Assembly: GCF_023055435.1 (NCBI RefSeq)
Contig: NW_025963802.1
Coordinates: 614,355-678,354, forward strand
DNA: 64,000 bases
Direction of reading: 5' to 3'
Source of the DNA: Haliotis rufescens
Taxonomy: Eukaryota
Positions 34,916 to 47,433 of the stretch are shown piece after piece. The notes under the pieces are model-generated. The model did no database searches and was not told the DNA's origin. It worked only from the letters and a program-made list of their open reading frames with translations. Numbering within the stretch: the first letter of the stretch is position 1; the number at the start of each line of letters is the position of its first letter. Position numbers and translations under genes: made by a program.

Positions 34916-35744
34916 ATTCATGCACAATTATTGACCATTTCATGGCGACCCGCCAACGGTTTAAGGCAAGGTCGTGCATCATCTGGACACGTGAAATGCG
35001 GATAGTACGCTCGTCTCATCAACACTGTTGATGCACTTCAACCTGTCCAGCGTTATCAGCATCGTTACTTGTGACTGTACAGAGTGTACAACCGTACACA
35101 TGCTGACTGGCTTAAATAAGCCTGCCGTATGCATTAGTAGTACACCTGTTCTCACCGACATTGTCGTTGAGGTCTTTAATCGTCCGCAATTGATATCACT
35201 CTCAGGTGACCTCAATTGGCACGTATCAGATGAGTCAAATGACAAGGGAGTGATAAAGGACATTCAGCAGGAGGCAACACACATCTATATCGGTCAGCGA
35301 AAGTTGGGCCATGTTACTCCTGTACAGCGCCGTGGTCACCGTCTGCGTGTGTGTCCGGAGCGTGGTCTCTCAACCTGTGTCCGGCTGCCCGTCATACGGG
35401 TGCACACCCACGGGGTCCTTCTCTCTTTTGACGCCATCAGGGATTCCAAGGTCAGGGGTCAAGGTCGTCTGGACGGCACAACTGTCAAATTCATCAGGAA
35501 CCGGAAGTCGTCTGCTTGGCTGCGTCAGTAACGATAGATATGTCGTCTGCCCGTCGCAAAAGTGGGTAGCAACATTCGTAATGACTCTTGTTTCATGCAC
35601 AAGATGTTGATTTTGTAATTCGTAATTCATGAGAACGTTCGTAGTTCCGTACTGGTCACCGCGTTAGACGAGGTATGATGCCGTGTCCTTGACAACGTGG
35701 GTCGACACTAAGATTTAGGATCACAGGTCTGTCTGTCCCAACAT

Positions 35745-35947
35745 GGGGGCACGGGTGGCCCAGTCGTCTAAGGCGCCGCGATTCGCTGTGCAGAGTTGCG
35801 TCCCTTGGGCACGCCAGAAACCTATGATTGTGGGACCGAATCCCGGTTCGCCCCGATTATGTTTCTAGGTTTGTCAGCACCATACCCGTGCTCGTGGGTT
35901 TCACCAAAGTGGTAAATGTCTGAGACCTTCATCACTTCGGGCTTTCA
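35745..35947 (+). mobile_element. SINE family B copy, truncated at the 3' end.
   Basis: Sequence identity. Confidence 0.8.
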
Positions 35948-37548
35948 ATAAGTTCATCATCAACCGTGCTGTTGAAAGCAACGTCACTCATTAAGCGTCA
36001 TGATTCACCCTGATTGTGATCCTCAGCGTCACTGTAGTTTTTCTTTCGCTGTCTCGCCATATATGTCAGATATTGCCACAGGCGTCGTTAAACCAAACCC
36101 ATTCACTCATTCACCCATTCACCCATTCACCCATTCACTCATTCAACCCGTTAACCTCCATGGGCAACCCTAGAGGCCCTAGAGAATAAATTAAAAAAGA
36201 AGTCCAACACAAATCTAGAATAATTGGGTAAGTCTCGATTGCATCAGCTCCAGGTAATTAAGCATTTGTCTGGGCTCCATTTGGATTTTACTTTTGTTAT
36301 TTTGTAAATATATACTTGAATAAGATGACTTTATTTCCGGGACTAAATGCCAGGCTACCCAAGTACGTGCTTGATGTCCGAATCGACGAAGTTCTACACA
36401 AGTGACCACATTACAGATTCTGTTGTATTTTCAGACCGGTGCATCTGACATTGGAGCAAGTCTCTTTTAAGATAGTTTTGTTGGTCGTTTGTATGATATA
36501 GACAGGCCATATTGAACTGGTATCAAGTTTTGTCCTTGAGATTTTTATCTTGCACTTATCAGAGGGCCATCGGCTCACTGAACCAGACGTCTACACATGT
36601 TTTCCCTTTCAGTGACACAACTTGCGGGGTAAATTAGTGGGTAGATCGTTAGCCACGCATGAGATGTGGGTTCGATTCCCCATATGGGTAAAAAGCATTA
36701 GGCGCGTTCCTAGTGTCTTTTCATATTTCAGGATTACTACTAAAAGCGACGTTAAACCATATTCACACACTGGTATTCAAAATTGTGCGTATTTCTGTTG
36801 TTTTAACACAGCATCTTATGAATGTCCTAATGCTGCCTTTCTATACTAGCAATTTATATAGAGAGTTTAACATGGAAACAAAATCGTGATGCTGGGGGCG
36901 TTTGTAAACACCTCGTCTGTCACAGACCTTGAAACAAATATATCCAATGCATCCCGTGCAAGTCTATAATATTTTACACGTGCTGTGAAATTCCAAGCAT
37001 TTATAGCTCTGCAGATTTGTTTAGTCTCTGAAGAAAGTCCCTGGTCTCCATTTTATTATATTTTATAACTAGAATTTAACAACTGTTTTTTCTGTAAAAT
37101 TATGTTTATTTCAGAGGCTAGATGTTAGTCTAGTCAACACCTTGCAGTGGGATCTGTTCTCGCGTGAGGTCACAGGTCAACTTGCCAGCCTCACATCTAA
37201 GGGCGCTGCCGTTGGAGTGTTGAGCGATCAAACATATCTGTGTTTTGGAATTGGCTCAGACAAAGCAGAAGGTTCAAAAATCCAACACCATCGGTGTCAG
37301 CTTTGGATCATTTGATCCCATTTTGGTTCTGTCCTCGATTATAATAAGTATTAACACTATTCTATTTTGAATACTCTGGTCCTTCTTCGCCAGCCAAACT
37401 TCATTTTAGCATAACGCTAAAAATAGACGTCCAATCATATTGCACTACAATGTGACTGCATCTGCATTCGTCTTTGTTGTGCACGTCTCAAATACAACTT
37501 GGAACACCTGGTGGCATAATGGCTTAACACCCCATAAAACATGTCGAT

Positions 37549-37613
37549 GTGGTGCGGTGGGGCGGGGCGGGGTGGGGTGAGGTGGGGTGTGGTGGGGTGG
37601 GGTGTGGTGGGGT
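37549..37613 (+). repeat. G-rich (GGGGTG/GGGGCG)n tract with G-quadruplex potential.
   Basis: Reads ggtggggcggggcggggtggggtgaggtggggtgtggtggggtggggtgtggtgggg. Confidence 0.85.
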
Positions 37614-37649
37614 TACCATTTAGAGGTTCCGGGCCAGAATGATTTGGTC

Positions 37650-37895
37650 GCCAGAAACATACGCTAGTCGTAAAAGACGACCAAATGGACAGGTGGGTTG
37701 GCAATTTTTGAAGGCTAATTGATGAATTGCAGGCTCGCTGCTATGGTTGATGCGTGTCATCGTATCCCAGCTGCGTAGATCGATGCTAATGATGTAAATC
37801 ACTGGATTGCCTGGTCCAGACTCGATTATTTACAGGCCGCCGTCATATAGCTGGAATATTTCTGATTGTGGCGTCAAACAACAAAAGAAAAGAAA
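37650..37895 (+). mobile_element. Family D copy with a diverged 5' part.
   Basis: The 3' part is identical to the family. Confidence 0.65.
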
Positions 37896-38254
37896 ACGTG
37901 TGACAGCTTTCCAATGGGTTAACTGACGAATACACAAATGAGCCGTGATCTTTGACTTAAACAGTTAAATAGCAAATAAACAAACAAACAAAGCGTATCA
38001 TCGTACCCTGACGGCGTGGATCGTTGCTCTGGACTATCTGGTCCAGACTCGTGTCGAACAGACCACCTAACCTTGCTCCAAGGCTGTACTGAAAGATAAA
38101 TCAATGGATGTGTAGTAATTCTATCCTTGTAAAAGACAAGTCTAAAGACGCGGGTCTATTTAGGAGACAACTTGCTCTTACTATAAATAATCTAGAAATT
38201 ATGATTACAGTCTACAGACCACCAGCACATTAAGTGGAACATTTAGTGCGGCGT

Positions 38255-38288
<34 letters not shown>

Positions 38289-38371
38289 AACCTCACAGAG
38301 TTGTGTTACTAGTATTTGATACCTTTACTTTCGCTAAAGGTACTTAACTCGTTTTATGTGTGTCGTTGCAG

Positions 38372-38597
38372 TGGCTACGTGGGGGTTGACGGAGACACCG
38401 GGAAGGTGCTGTGGAGAGACTCCAGCTTGGTGAACCCCTCGCTCCCCATCATGGACATCAGTGGCGACATCATCGGCAGCGACGGCAGATACCTCACGAA
38501 GGTCGACGGCGACGGCACGGTGGAGAAACCACTTATTCCCCTGGACCCTCCCATGACACCTGTTTTCAGGTATTATAGTGACGATGGCATCCACTAA
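38372..38597 (+). CDS. Putative coding exon of an unidentified gene, with a PQQ-like beta-propeller motif (GVDGDTGKVLWRDS). It either reads through to the TAA at 38595-38597 or is spliced at CAG|gtatta at 38569.
   Basis: A strong acceptor (tgtcgttgcag|TGGCTAC) precedes the exon. There is marked third-position GC codon bias across 66 codons. The ORF 38316..38597 is in the same frame. The sequence GxDxxTGKxLW fits the PQQ repeat consensus. Confidence 0.4.
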
Positions 38598-38694
38598 CTG
38601 TGAATGAGAGATTTGAAATTTGCTGTCACTAACACGGTTTGAAATCATAGAAAAACCCTTGCATTATTCCCAGGACATTGTGATTCTCAGTGAT

Positions 38695-40128
38695 TTGGAT
38701 AACTCAGGGTCACTTGCAGAACTCTGGGTCACATCCAAAACGCCCGAGCTTAACAAATATTGGTCACGTCCCCTAGAACACAGACCACAGGTCGATCAGT
38801 GGCTTGCGTAACTCAGGGTCACATCCCCGAGAACACAGACCACAGGTCGATCAGTGACTTACAGAACTCAGGGTCACATCCCCGAGAACACAGACCACAG
38901 GTCGATCAGTGACTTACAGAACTCAGGGTCACATCCCCGAGAACACAGACCACAGGTCGATCAGTGACTTGCGTAACTCAGGGTCACATCCCCGAGAACA
39001 CAGACCACAGGTCGATCAGTGACTTGCGTAACTCAGGGTCACATCCCCGAGAACACAGACCACAGGTCGATCAGTGGCTTGCGTAACTCAGGGTCACATC
39101 CCCGAGAACACAGACCACAGGTCGATCAGTGGCTTGCGTAACTCAGGGTCACATCCCCGAGAACACAGACCACAGGTCGATCAGTGACTTACAGAACTCA
39201 GGGTCACATCCCCGAGAACACAGACCACAGGTCGATCAGTGACTTGCGTAACTCAGGGTCACATCCCCGAGAACACAGACCACAGGTCGATCAGTGACTT
39301 GCGTAACTCAGGGTCACATCCCCTAGAACACAGACCACAGGTCGATCAGTGACTTGCGTAACTGAGGGTCACCTACCTCGATCAAACAGACGCTCAGTGA
39401 CTTACACAACTCAGGGTCACATCCCCTAGAACACAGACCACCAGTCGCTCAGTGACTTACATATCTCAGGATCACATCCTCTATCAAACAAACCACCAGT
39501 CTATCAGTGACTTGCATTACTCTTGGTCACATCCCCTAGAAGACAGACCACCAGTCGCTCAGCGACTTGCGTAACTGAGACCAACAGTCAAACAGACCAA
39601 CAGTCGTTCAGTGACTTACAGAACTCAGGGTCACATACCTCTATCAAACAGACCACCAGTCGCTCAGTGACTTACAGAACTCAGGGTCACATACCTCTAT
39701 CAAACAAACCACCAGTCGCTCAGTGACTTGCGTAACTCAGGGTCACATACCTCTATCAAACAGACCAACAGCCGCTCAGTGACTTACAGAACTCAGGGTC
39801 ACATTCCTCAATCAAACAGACCACCAGTCGCTCAGTGACTTGCGTAACTCAGGGTCACATCCCTCTATCAAACAGGCCACCAGTCGCTCAGTGATTTACA
39901 GAACCCAGGGTCACATACCTCTATCAAACAGACCACCAGTCGCTCAGTGACTTGCGTAACTCAGGGTCACATACCTCTATCAAACAGACCACCAGTCGCT
40001 CAGTGACTTGCGTAACCCAGGGTCACATACCTCTATCAAACAGACCAACAGTCGCTCAGTGACTTACACAACTCAGGGTCACATACCTCTATCAAACAGA
40101 CCACCAGCCGCTCAGTGACTTACAGCTA
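38695..40128. repeat. 55-bp satellite of about 26 copies with two subfamilies. One is ...acatccccgagaacacagaccacaggtcgatcagtgacttgcgta and the other is ...acatacctctatcaaacagaccaccagtcgctcagtgacttacag.
   Basis: Direct reading. The switch between subfamilies lies at about 39350. Confidence 0.95.
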
Positions 40129-40974
40129 CAACTGTCCGTGGGGCACGCGAGTGGCCCAGTCGTCTTATTTGCTGTACATGGTTGCGTCCCTTAGACCTGC
40201 CAGAATCCAATGATTCCTGTTCCTGGTCATTATCCAGTTCAGTCGGCATCATATCCTTGATCGTGGATTTCACTAGTCTAACGCTTAGTCTCTGAAAATA
40301 TATATTCTGATAAAAAACAAACAACTCCATTTACATTGAAAAGGGAGATGGGAGATACAAAGACTGTGGAAATCTAGACTTGCTTCGGTTAGAGTCATAC
40401 AACTACAGTAAGGGTTGGGCGGAAGGGAATATAATATGGTTCAGGGACTGTGCTAGTCTGTCATACAGACCCTGAAACAAATATAAATGAATAAAATAGC
40501 AAGTCTAGATTTCTGCAGTATCAGAAGAGAGTGGGCTCCTTTTTATTATATTTCATAACTATAATTTAACAACTATTTGTGTCGTAAAATATGATCATAT
40601 CAAAGACTAGATATTAGTCTGGGACCGTGAGACAGACTAGGGTTTCACCAAAGTGGACCGGCTCCCATCAGACTGCCACCCTTATTCAACTGTGATACAA
40701 CTGAAATACATTCAAAGCGGCGCAGAACCCAATCCACTCACCACCATTGTTCTGTTTCAGTCTGGAATTCGGAGATGGGAACATCTTGTTGATCGTGTCT
40801 CAGACGGGGGAGGTCGTCGCCTATCTCGCAAGTGAGTCAATATTCTGTCTCTGAGGTGAGGTGAGGTGAGGTGAGGTGAGGTGAGATTTAACGTCGTGTC
40901 CACGATTATTACACTTATACAGCGACCAGTGTGTGCGTGCGTGCGTGCGTGCGTGCGTGCGTGTGTTGGGTGGC

Positions 40975-41232
40975 TGCTCGTACTAGTCCGGGCTAATGCC
41001 GAGTTTATAGCGCACGCCCACTGCGATGCCATGCCGCAGTTTAACATGAATACCACACTCAGACACAGTATGCTGACTCCCAGCAGACCAGTCCTTGTTT
41101 TAGCCCCTTAATGCCGAGCGCCAGACAGGGTAACAACAAGTACCATCTTTTAACGTATTTATGACGCATCCGGGGATCGAACCTCGGACCTTCGCTATAC
41201 GAGCGGACGCTCTACCACTAGACGACGGAGGC
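40975..41232 (-). mobile_element. SINE family C, a full-length copy with a (GTGC)n microsatellite at its 3' end (40925-40968).
   Basis: Sequence identity. Confidence 0.75.
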
Positions 41233-42106
41233 GGTCTCTGTCTGAGACAGACCATGTTACACTATATATAAAAATATAACTGGTTCCTGAAAATTCTTTG
41301 GCCTCATGTTTTATAAAACAAATACATGAACGCTACAATTGCTACATGTCCTAACGGGAAATATATATGAAACCTCACAAACATATTTATTAAATCGCAT
41401 AATTCCTGTGGTTGTACTTACTTTATTCATCAATCATCACTTTTATAAAAAGTCAACATCTCACTAATTATATGAGTTTGTGTAGTCAGGCACCTCGACT
41501 ATGAAATATGTGTTTTATCACCTCAAAACCTGTAGGATATCTGCATTTAGTTTAATTCAATCAACCCATTCAAGATTATTAACAAGGCTAGTCAAGCTAG
41601 CTGAAAACAACATCAGCACAAGAAAATATACTTTCTGATGAAAGGAAATGTATTGTGTAATAAAAGTCTACATGAAATCAGTATTCATTACAAAAATAGA
41701 CGCAAGGAGAGAAATGCATTGTGTAATATACTACTCAAAAGAAGTTAAGGATCACCCGATTCTTTCATAATGGTAAAGTTAATCTGTCATGACATGAGAG
41801 ATTAACTATAGTAATATGAAAGAAACAGGTGATCCTTAACTTCTTTTGAGTAGTATATAAGATTTCAAGACTTTATAAACTGCTCTGCAAAAGTAAATTG
41901 GATTTGACTAAATATTAAAAACGTTATCAAAACGTTACTAGTCTGAAAACAGTCGCCGAAACACTGCAACCTAAAGGTCGAAAACACAACTATGATACCT
42001 ATATGAACTACATCACCATCGAATATAACTATTTCTTGTTGGCTTCCTTTTAGTCACCATTAAACATTGGTGCCACCTTGGCGTAGGATATGCTCGCCTA
42101 TTTGCG

Positions 42107-42352
42107 AAACCCGTGAAGATCCGGGTTAGTATAGGTCTTCAGAAACCCATGCTTGTCGTCAGAGGCGACTAACGGGATCGGGTGGTCAGCCTCGCTGACT
42201 TAGTTGGTGCATGTCATCGAATCCCAAATGCGTGGACCGATGCTCCTGATATCAATCACTAGATTGTGTTGTCCAGACTCGATTGTTTACAGACTAAGAC
42301 CGCCGTCACATAGCTGGAATATTGCTGAGTGCGGCGTTAAACAACAAACAAA
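42107..42352 (+). mobile_element. Family D copy.
   Basis: Sequence identity. Confidence 0.8.
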
Positions 42353-44166
42353 TTTCTCTACTAATTTCTCTACTAGCAAACACATTACTTGTTTCAGGGG
42401 AGCAATAAGCATATCTTTTTCATGTGGCAAGTGTTAATTGTTTTCGGACTATTAAATGAATGAGACAGTTCGAAGCCGGTGTGTGGATCTGCTATATGTC
42501 AGACACGCTGCTGTCCCAGTACAAACACCTAAACCCCCACTCCCACCCCCACCCCCACCCCACCCCACCCCCACCTCCACCTCCCTCACGAGGTGGCAAG
42601 CCAGCGCGGGTTGTTGTAAATCCAGCATCTATAACACATGAACATCACCACATCTCGGAATCTAAATGACAGAATATCACGATAAACATCTCCATTCCTT
42701 AGGCTGACACTTACGACCATTTCCTGACCTGAACTAATCGCGCCCCCTCCCCCCTCACAGCACCCCCCCCCCCCCCCCCCCCTCCCTCACAGCACCCCCC
42801 AGTACCGAGTGAGTTTCCACCCCCACCCACCCCAACCCTTTCCCCTACTCTCCCTCGGTTGTCAAGTCTGCCTTCACGTAATGTAATGTGAACTGCCTGG
42901 AGCATGTCACTTGATATCCTCAGTTTAGAGTTTTGGTATTTCACATCAACCGTCAGCACTCAAGTATTAAAATAAGGATGGGGGGGGGGTCTGGGGGTGG
43001 CATCTGATGACACTTTGAATACGCAATCACTACCATGTTAGCATGTTAATTTGGTTGTTAAAGTAAAATTATTAATACTGGTTTACATAAGGTGTTTGGG
43101 AATATTTGGGTACGGCTTTGGGTGGGACGACAAACTGTACTTTAAGCCATGTGCCCATACTACTGAATGAACTAATCATTTCATACTATCTAATATTAAA
43201 GGGGGACGGCTGACTCATGTATTCAATTCGTTCTTGAAGTTAAAAAAACTCCTATTATTTCTTCCCCTGTATTTACATTTTCATTCCTAAAATATAATAT
43301 TTACGATACAGAACATACTCGGATAATATCTACTTCTTTAAAACTTGACATATTTCTCTGACAAGAGAAGTTGGGGATCATGAATATTTAGTGGGATATT
43401 TTTATGAAAGTTTATGCTCAGTCTTCACTTCAAAATATATCACCCAAAATATTCATATCCATAACTTTTTTTCAGTATTGTTCATAAGCTGATGGAATAC
43501 CGTTGGATGGTAGATTTTCTGAATAAGGATTTAGTGTGACCTTGCACTTTATTTCAGCCATATGTCATTGGTAACGAACTGAACTACTTAATTACCTACA
43601 CACTCCGTCGCAGTGGTGACTCAGCATAACACCACTGCCACAGGCTAATTTGCATATTACGTGACCGGACTTTTCTCTTGTTTGTAAACAAACGCGCTTT
43701 TTTCAGAAATCAGTATAGAACGGACTAATGCAAGTATTTGGGGGCGCTTTACATATTGTTTTGCATAACTATATAGATATTCTACTACAAATGCGACAGT
43801 GAGTTGCATGACAATATATATTTATGCATCAAAGCGACCGTGTTGCTAGCTCTCCGTTGGGCTTCGATGACAGCACGCGGAGCCCTACAACCAATGTAAA
43901 CATAGGATAACTACGCAAAAACAAGTAGATTTTTACGTATTAGCATACTTTCTCAATGAAAGTTAACCATTCTTTAAAATTTGTTTATGAAAATGTGTAG
44001 ACTTGTCAAACATGAAACGAATGAAAAGCATATGCAATATCTTGAATGGACTGTGAAAGATGTGACGAATCGTCACAGGGCGCTGGCTTGTGGCAGAGGT
44101 ACTATGCTAGCTGGCTGCCGGCCGCATGGAACTCTGGGTAGGAGAGTGAATTACCTACACATGAGA

Positions 44167-44347
44167 AGAGTGAGTGGATGAGTGAGTTGGGTTTAACGCT
44201 GATTTAAACAGTGTTCCAGTTATACCACGTCAGCTTAATGTGAGAGGAAGTGATGCAGAGTTTCAGACGTTTATCAGGGCGAACCGGGAACCCAGTCATA
44301 GGTTTCTGGTGTGCCTAAGGGACGCAACTCTGTACGGCGGATTGCGG
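44167..44347 (-). mobile_element. SINE family B copy, diverged and internally deleted.
   Basis: Partial identity. Confidence 0.55.
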
Positions 44348-45192
44348 TGCTTTACACACGCCCATCGCTGTGGTGACTTAGCATAACACCACTGCCACAG
44401 GCTATTTGCATATCACGTAACCGGACTTTTCTCTTGTTCGTAAACAAACGCGCTTATTCTGAAATCAGAACAGATTAGCATAATGCAAGTATTTGGGGCG
44501 TTTTTCATATGGTATTGTATAATTATATCGATATGCTTCTACAACTGCGACAGTGAGTTGCATGACAATACATATCTATACATCAAAGTGCCCGTATCGC
44601 TGGCTCTCCGTAGGGCTTCGATGACACCACGTGGATCCTTACAACCAATGTAAACAAAGGATAACAACGCAAATGAAAATAGTTTTTCACATTGTATGAT
44701 ATTTTCTCAATGCAAATTAACCATTCTCTGACATATGTTTATTTAGATGTAAAAAATGAAACAGATATAAAGTCAACATATGCAATATCTTGAACGGACT
44801 GTGAAAGATGTGACGTATCGTCACATGGCGCTGGCCTGTGGCAGAGATTCTATGCTGGCCGCACAGGAGAGTGGGCGCCCCTGACACATAAGAAACATAG
44901 ATAATACAATACTTTATTATCCTGAAGGGGATTTGTATTACATCTGGGAATAGTTGACATGTTTGAATAATACAGTGAACCCCGACGACAGCGGTATATC
45001 GAGGGTTCGAAAATAAGTTAAGAAAACAGAGATGCCACACATTCCGACATGAGACTGATGACGGGACATAAATCAGTCGTATCCTATATTGCATGTCTTT
45101 TATGAAAACACAACCAGATTATGTATAGCAAGTCTAGCCAACTCTTGTATACAGTCTATGAAATCAGCACCAGGAGAAACATATTTAGGATA

Positions 45193-45358
45193 GTGAGTGA
45201 GTGAGTAGGGTTTTACGCCGCTTTTTGCAATATTCCAGCAATATCACGGCGGGGGACACCAGAAATAGGCTTCACACATTGTACCCATGTCGGGAATCGA
45301 ACCCGGGTCTTTGGCGTGACGAGCGAACGCTTTAACCACTAGTCTACCCGACCGCCCC
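45193..45358 (-). mobile_element. SINE family A copy.
   Basis: Sequence identity to the family consensus. It lies in tandem with the copy at 45401. Confidence 0.8.
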
Positions 45359-45400
45359 TATTTAGGATAGAAATGTATTGTGTAATAAATAATTTCATAG

Positions 45401-45551
45401 AGTGAGTGAGTGTGGTTTTACGCCGCTTTCAGCAATATCACGGCGGGGGACACTAGAAACGGGCTTCACACATTGTACCCATGTCGGGAATCGAATCCGG
45501 GGCTTCGGCGTGACGAGCGAACGCTTTAACCACTAGGCTACCCGACCGCCC
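45401..45551 (-). mobile_element. SINE family A copy.
   Basis: Sequence identity. Confidence 0.8.
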
Positions 45552-45853
45552 CTGATTTCTTACACTATATGTTAGTTTATACGGACGCTGATACACGCTC
45601 GTGACAAGAAAGCCATCACACAATAATTTGTTAGAAAAAGTGATGAAGAGGAAGAACAGATATTATAATCGATGTGATGGCTTGTACCACGGACGTATAT
45701 ACAACATCTTTTCACGTCTTTGCTTGTACATATATGTATATACCTACCTTGAACGATAAGGGAAATCTGATCTGATCACATCAAAAAACATGTTTATTTA
45801 GGTATACCGGTCTGTTACCTTTTCTCGTAGTTTTTTTAAGTGTTAAAACACTC

Positions 45854-46066
45854 GTGTCTGAAATGATATTGCCTTCGACAGCACCAATAAACCATTCCGT
45901 AATTTCCCCAGATGGAATCCCCCTGGCGTCCCTGGTGCTACGGGGAAACGTTGAGATGTACAACGGGATCTTTCATCCCATCGCCCAGCCCATCATGCGG
46001 GGGAGCCGCGCCTACATCCTCACCCAGTTCCAGCCCGACCCCCAGGATGCAGCTATACCCCAAGAA
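45854..46066 (+). CDS. Possible first coding exon (MSEMILPSTAPINHSVISPDGIPLASLVLRGNVEMYNGIFHPIAQPIMRGSRAYILTQFQPDPQDAAIPQEK) ending at the donor AAG|gtaggg. Identity is unknown.
   Basis: It is ORF-track frame 45854..46213. There is GC-rich codon-like periodicity and a GT donor at 46067. It shows a weak resemblance to roadblock/LC7-type folds, which is speculative. Confidence 0.2.
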
Positions 46067-46124
46067 AAGGTAGGGAGGCCCTGGTGGCACGCAGGGACAT
46101 CTGTTTTGTTGGTTAGTTTGTTTC

Positions 46125-46838
46125 TTGTTAAACGCCCCTTCACAGTTCCAGCAGCCTATTCTCATCCCTTTCTCAGGTCCAGCAGCCAATTCCCATCCCC
46201 TTCCCAGCTCTAGCAGCCTATACCCAACCCCTCAGCTCCAGCAGCCTAAACTTATCCCCTTCTCAGCTCTACCAGCCTATACTCATCCTCTTCTCAGCTC
46301 TAGTAACCTACACCCAACCCCTCAGCTCTGGCATCCTGTACTCATCCCGTTCTCACCTCAAGTAGCCTATGCACATCCCCTTCTCAACTCTAGCAGCCTA
46401 CACCCACCCCGTCAGCTCCAGCAGCCTAAACCTATCCTCTTCTCAACTCTAGCAGCCTATGCACATCCCCTTCTCAACTCTAGCAGCCTACACCCACCCC
46501 GTCAGCTCCAGCAGCCTAAACCTATCCTCTTCTCAACTCTAGCAGCCTATGCACATCCCCTTCTCAACTCTAGCAGCCTACACCCACCCCGTCAGCTCCA
46601 GCAGCCTAAACTTATCCCCTTCCCAGCTATAGCATCCCATACCAACCCCCTTCTCGGTTGTAGTAGCCTATACTCATCCCCTCCTTAAGTCTAGCAACAT
46701 ATACTCATCCTCTTCTCAGCTGTAGCATCCTATACCCACCCCCTCAGCTCCAACAGTCTATACTCATCCCCTCAGCTCCAACAGCCTATACTCATTCCCT
46801 CCGCTCTACCAGCCTATACCCATCCCCTTCTCTTCATT
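46125..46838. repeat. Tandem repeat with a unit of about 30 bp (ttctcagctctagcagcctatactcatcccc) and a higher-order structure of about 90 bp. It continues at 47100-47290 after a SINE.
   Basis: Direct reading. The ORF 46125..46688 is an artefact. Confidence 0.9.
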
Positions 46839-46840
46839 GC

Positions 46841-47099
46841 GGCGTCGAACCGTGAAGATCCGGGGTAGAACAGATCTTCAGCAACCCAGTCTTGCCGTAA
46901 AAGGCCACTATGCTTGTCAGGATCGGGTGGTCAGGCTCGCTGACTTGGTTGATACATGTCGTCAATCCCAATTGCGTGGATCGATGCTCATGATATTAAT
47001 CACTGGATTGTCTGGTCCAGACTCGATTATTTACAGACCGCCGTCGTATAGCTGGAATACTGCTGAGTGATGCGTTAAGCAACAAACCAACCAACCAAC
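46841..47099 (+). mobile_element. Family D copy inserted into the approximately 30-bp tandem array.
   Basis: The tandem array resumes at 47100. Confidence 0.8.
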
Positions 47100-47433
47100 C
47101 CTCTCAGCTCCAGCAACCTATACGCATCCGCTTCTCAGCTCTGGCATCCTGTACTCATCCCCTTCTCAACTCTAGCAGCCTATGCTCATCCCCTTCTCAA
47201 CTCTAGCAGGCCTACACCCATCCCGTCAGCTCCAGCAGCCTAAACCTATCCCCTTCTCCACTCTAGCAGCCTATACTCATCCCTTCTCCACATTTCAATT
47301 AAAAGTCTTAAGAATTCCTTAATACTCGAGTATGGTCAAGGTCGACCCCTCCTTCACCCGCCGTGTCCTGCACCAGTGTATCTCACAATGCTTGGCTTCA
47401 ATCACTTCCTTTGTCCGTTTTCAGATTGTGAGA

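Noticed and set aside
35028-35531. A 167-aa plus-strand ORF and overlapping ORFs in two other frames.
   Set aside because: It sits in a GC-rich region where three overlapping frames are open, with no recognisable domain. Only the 35311..35610 frame shows a weak motif resemblance to the 38372 exon, and that is noted as a low-confidence finding instead.
37116-37263. An exon-like open frame (...TLQWDLFSREVTGQLASLTSKGAAVGVLSDQTYLCFGIGSDKAE|gt) with an acceptor-like ttcag upstream.
   Set aside because: The segment belongs to interspersed repeat family F, with copies at 33700, 34020 and 40270, and its phase is incompatible with the 38372 exon.
46125-46688. A 187-aa plus-strand ORF rich in P/L/S.
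   Set aside because: It lies entirely within the approximately 30-bp tandem array and is a periodic artefact.
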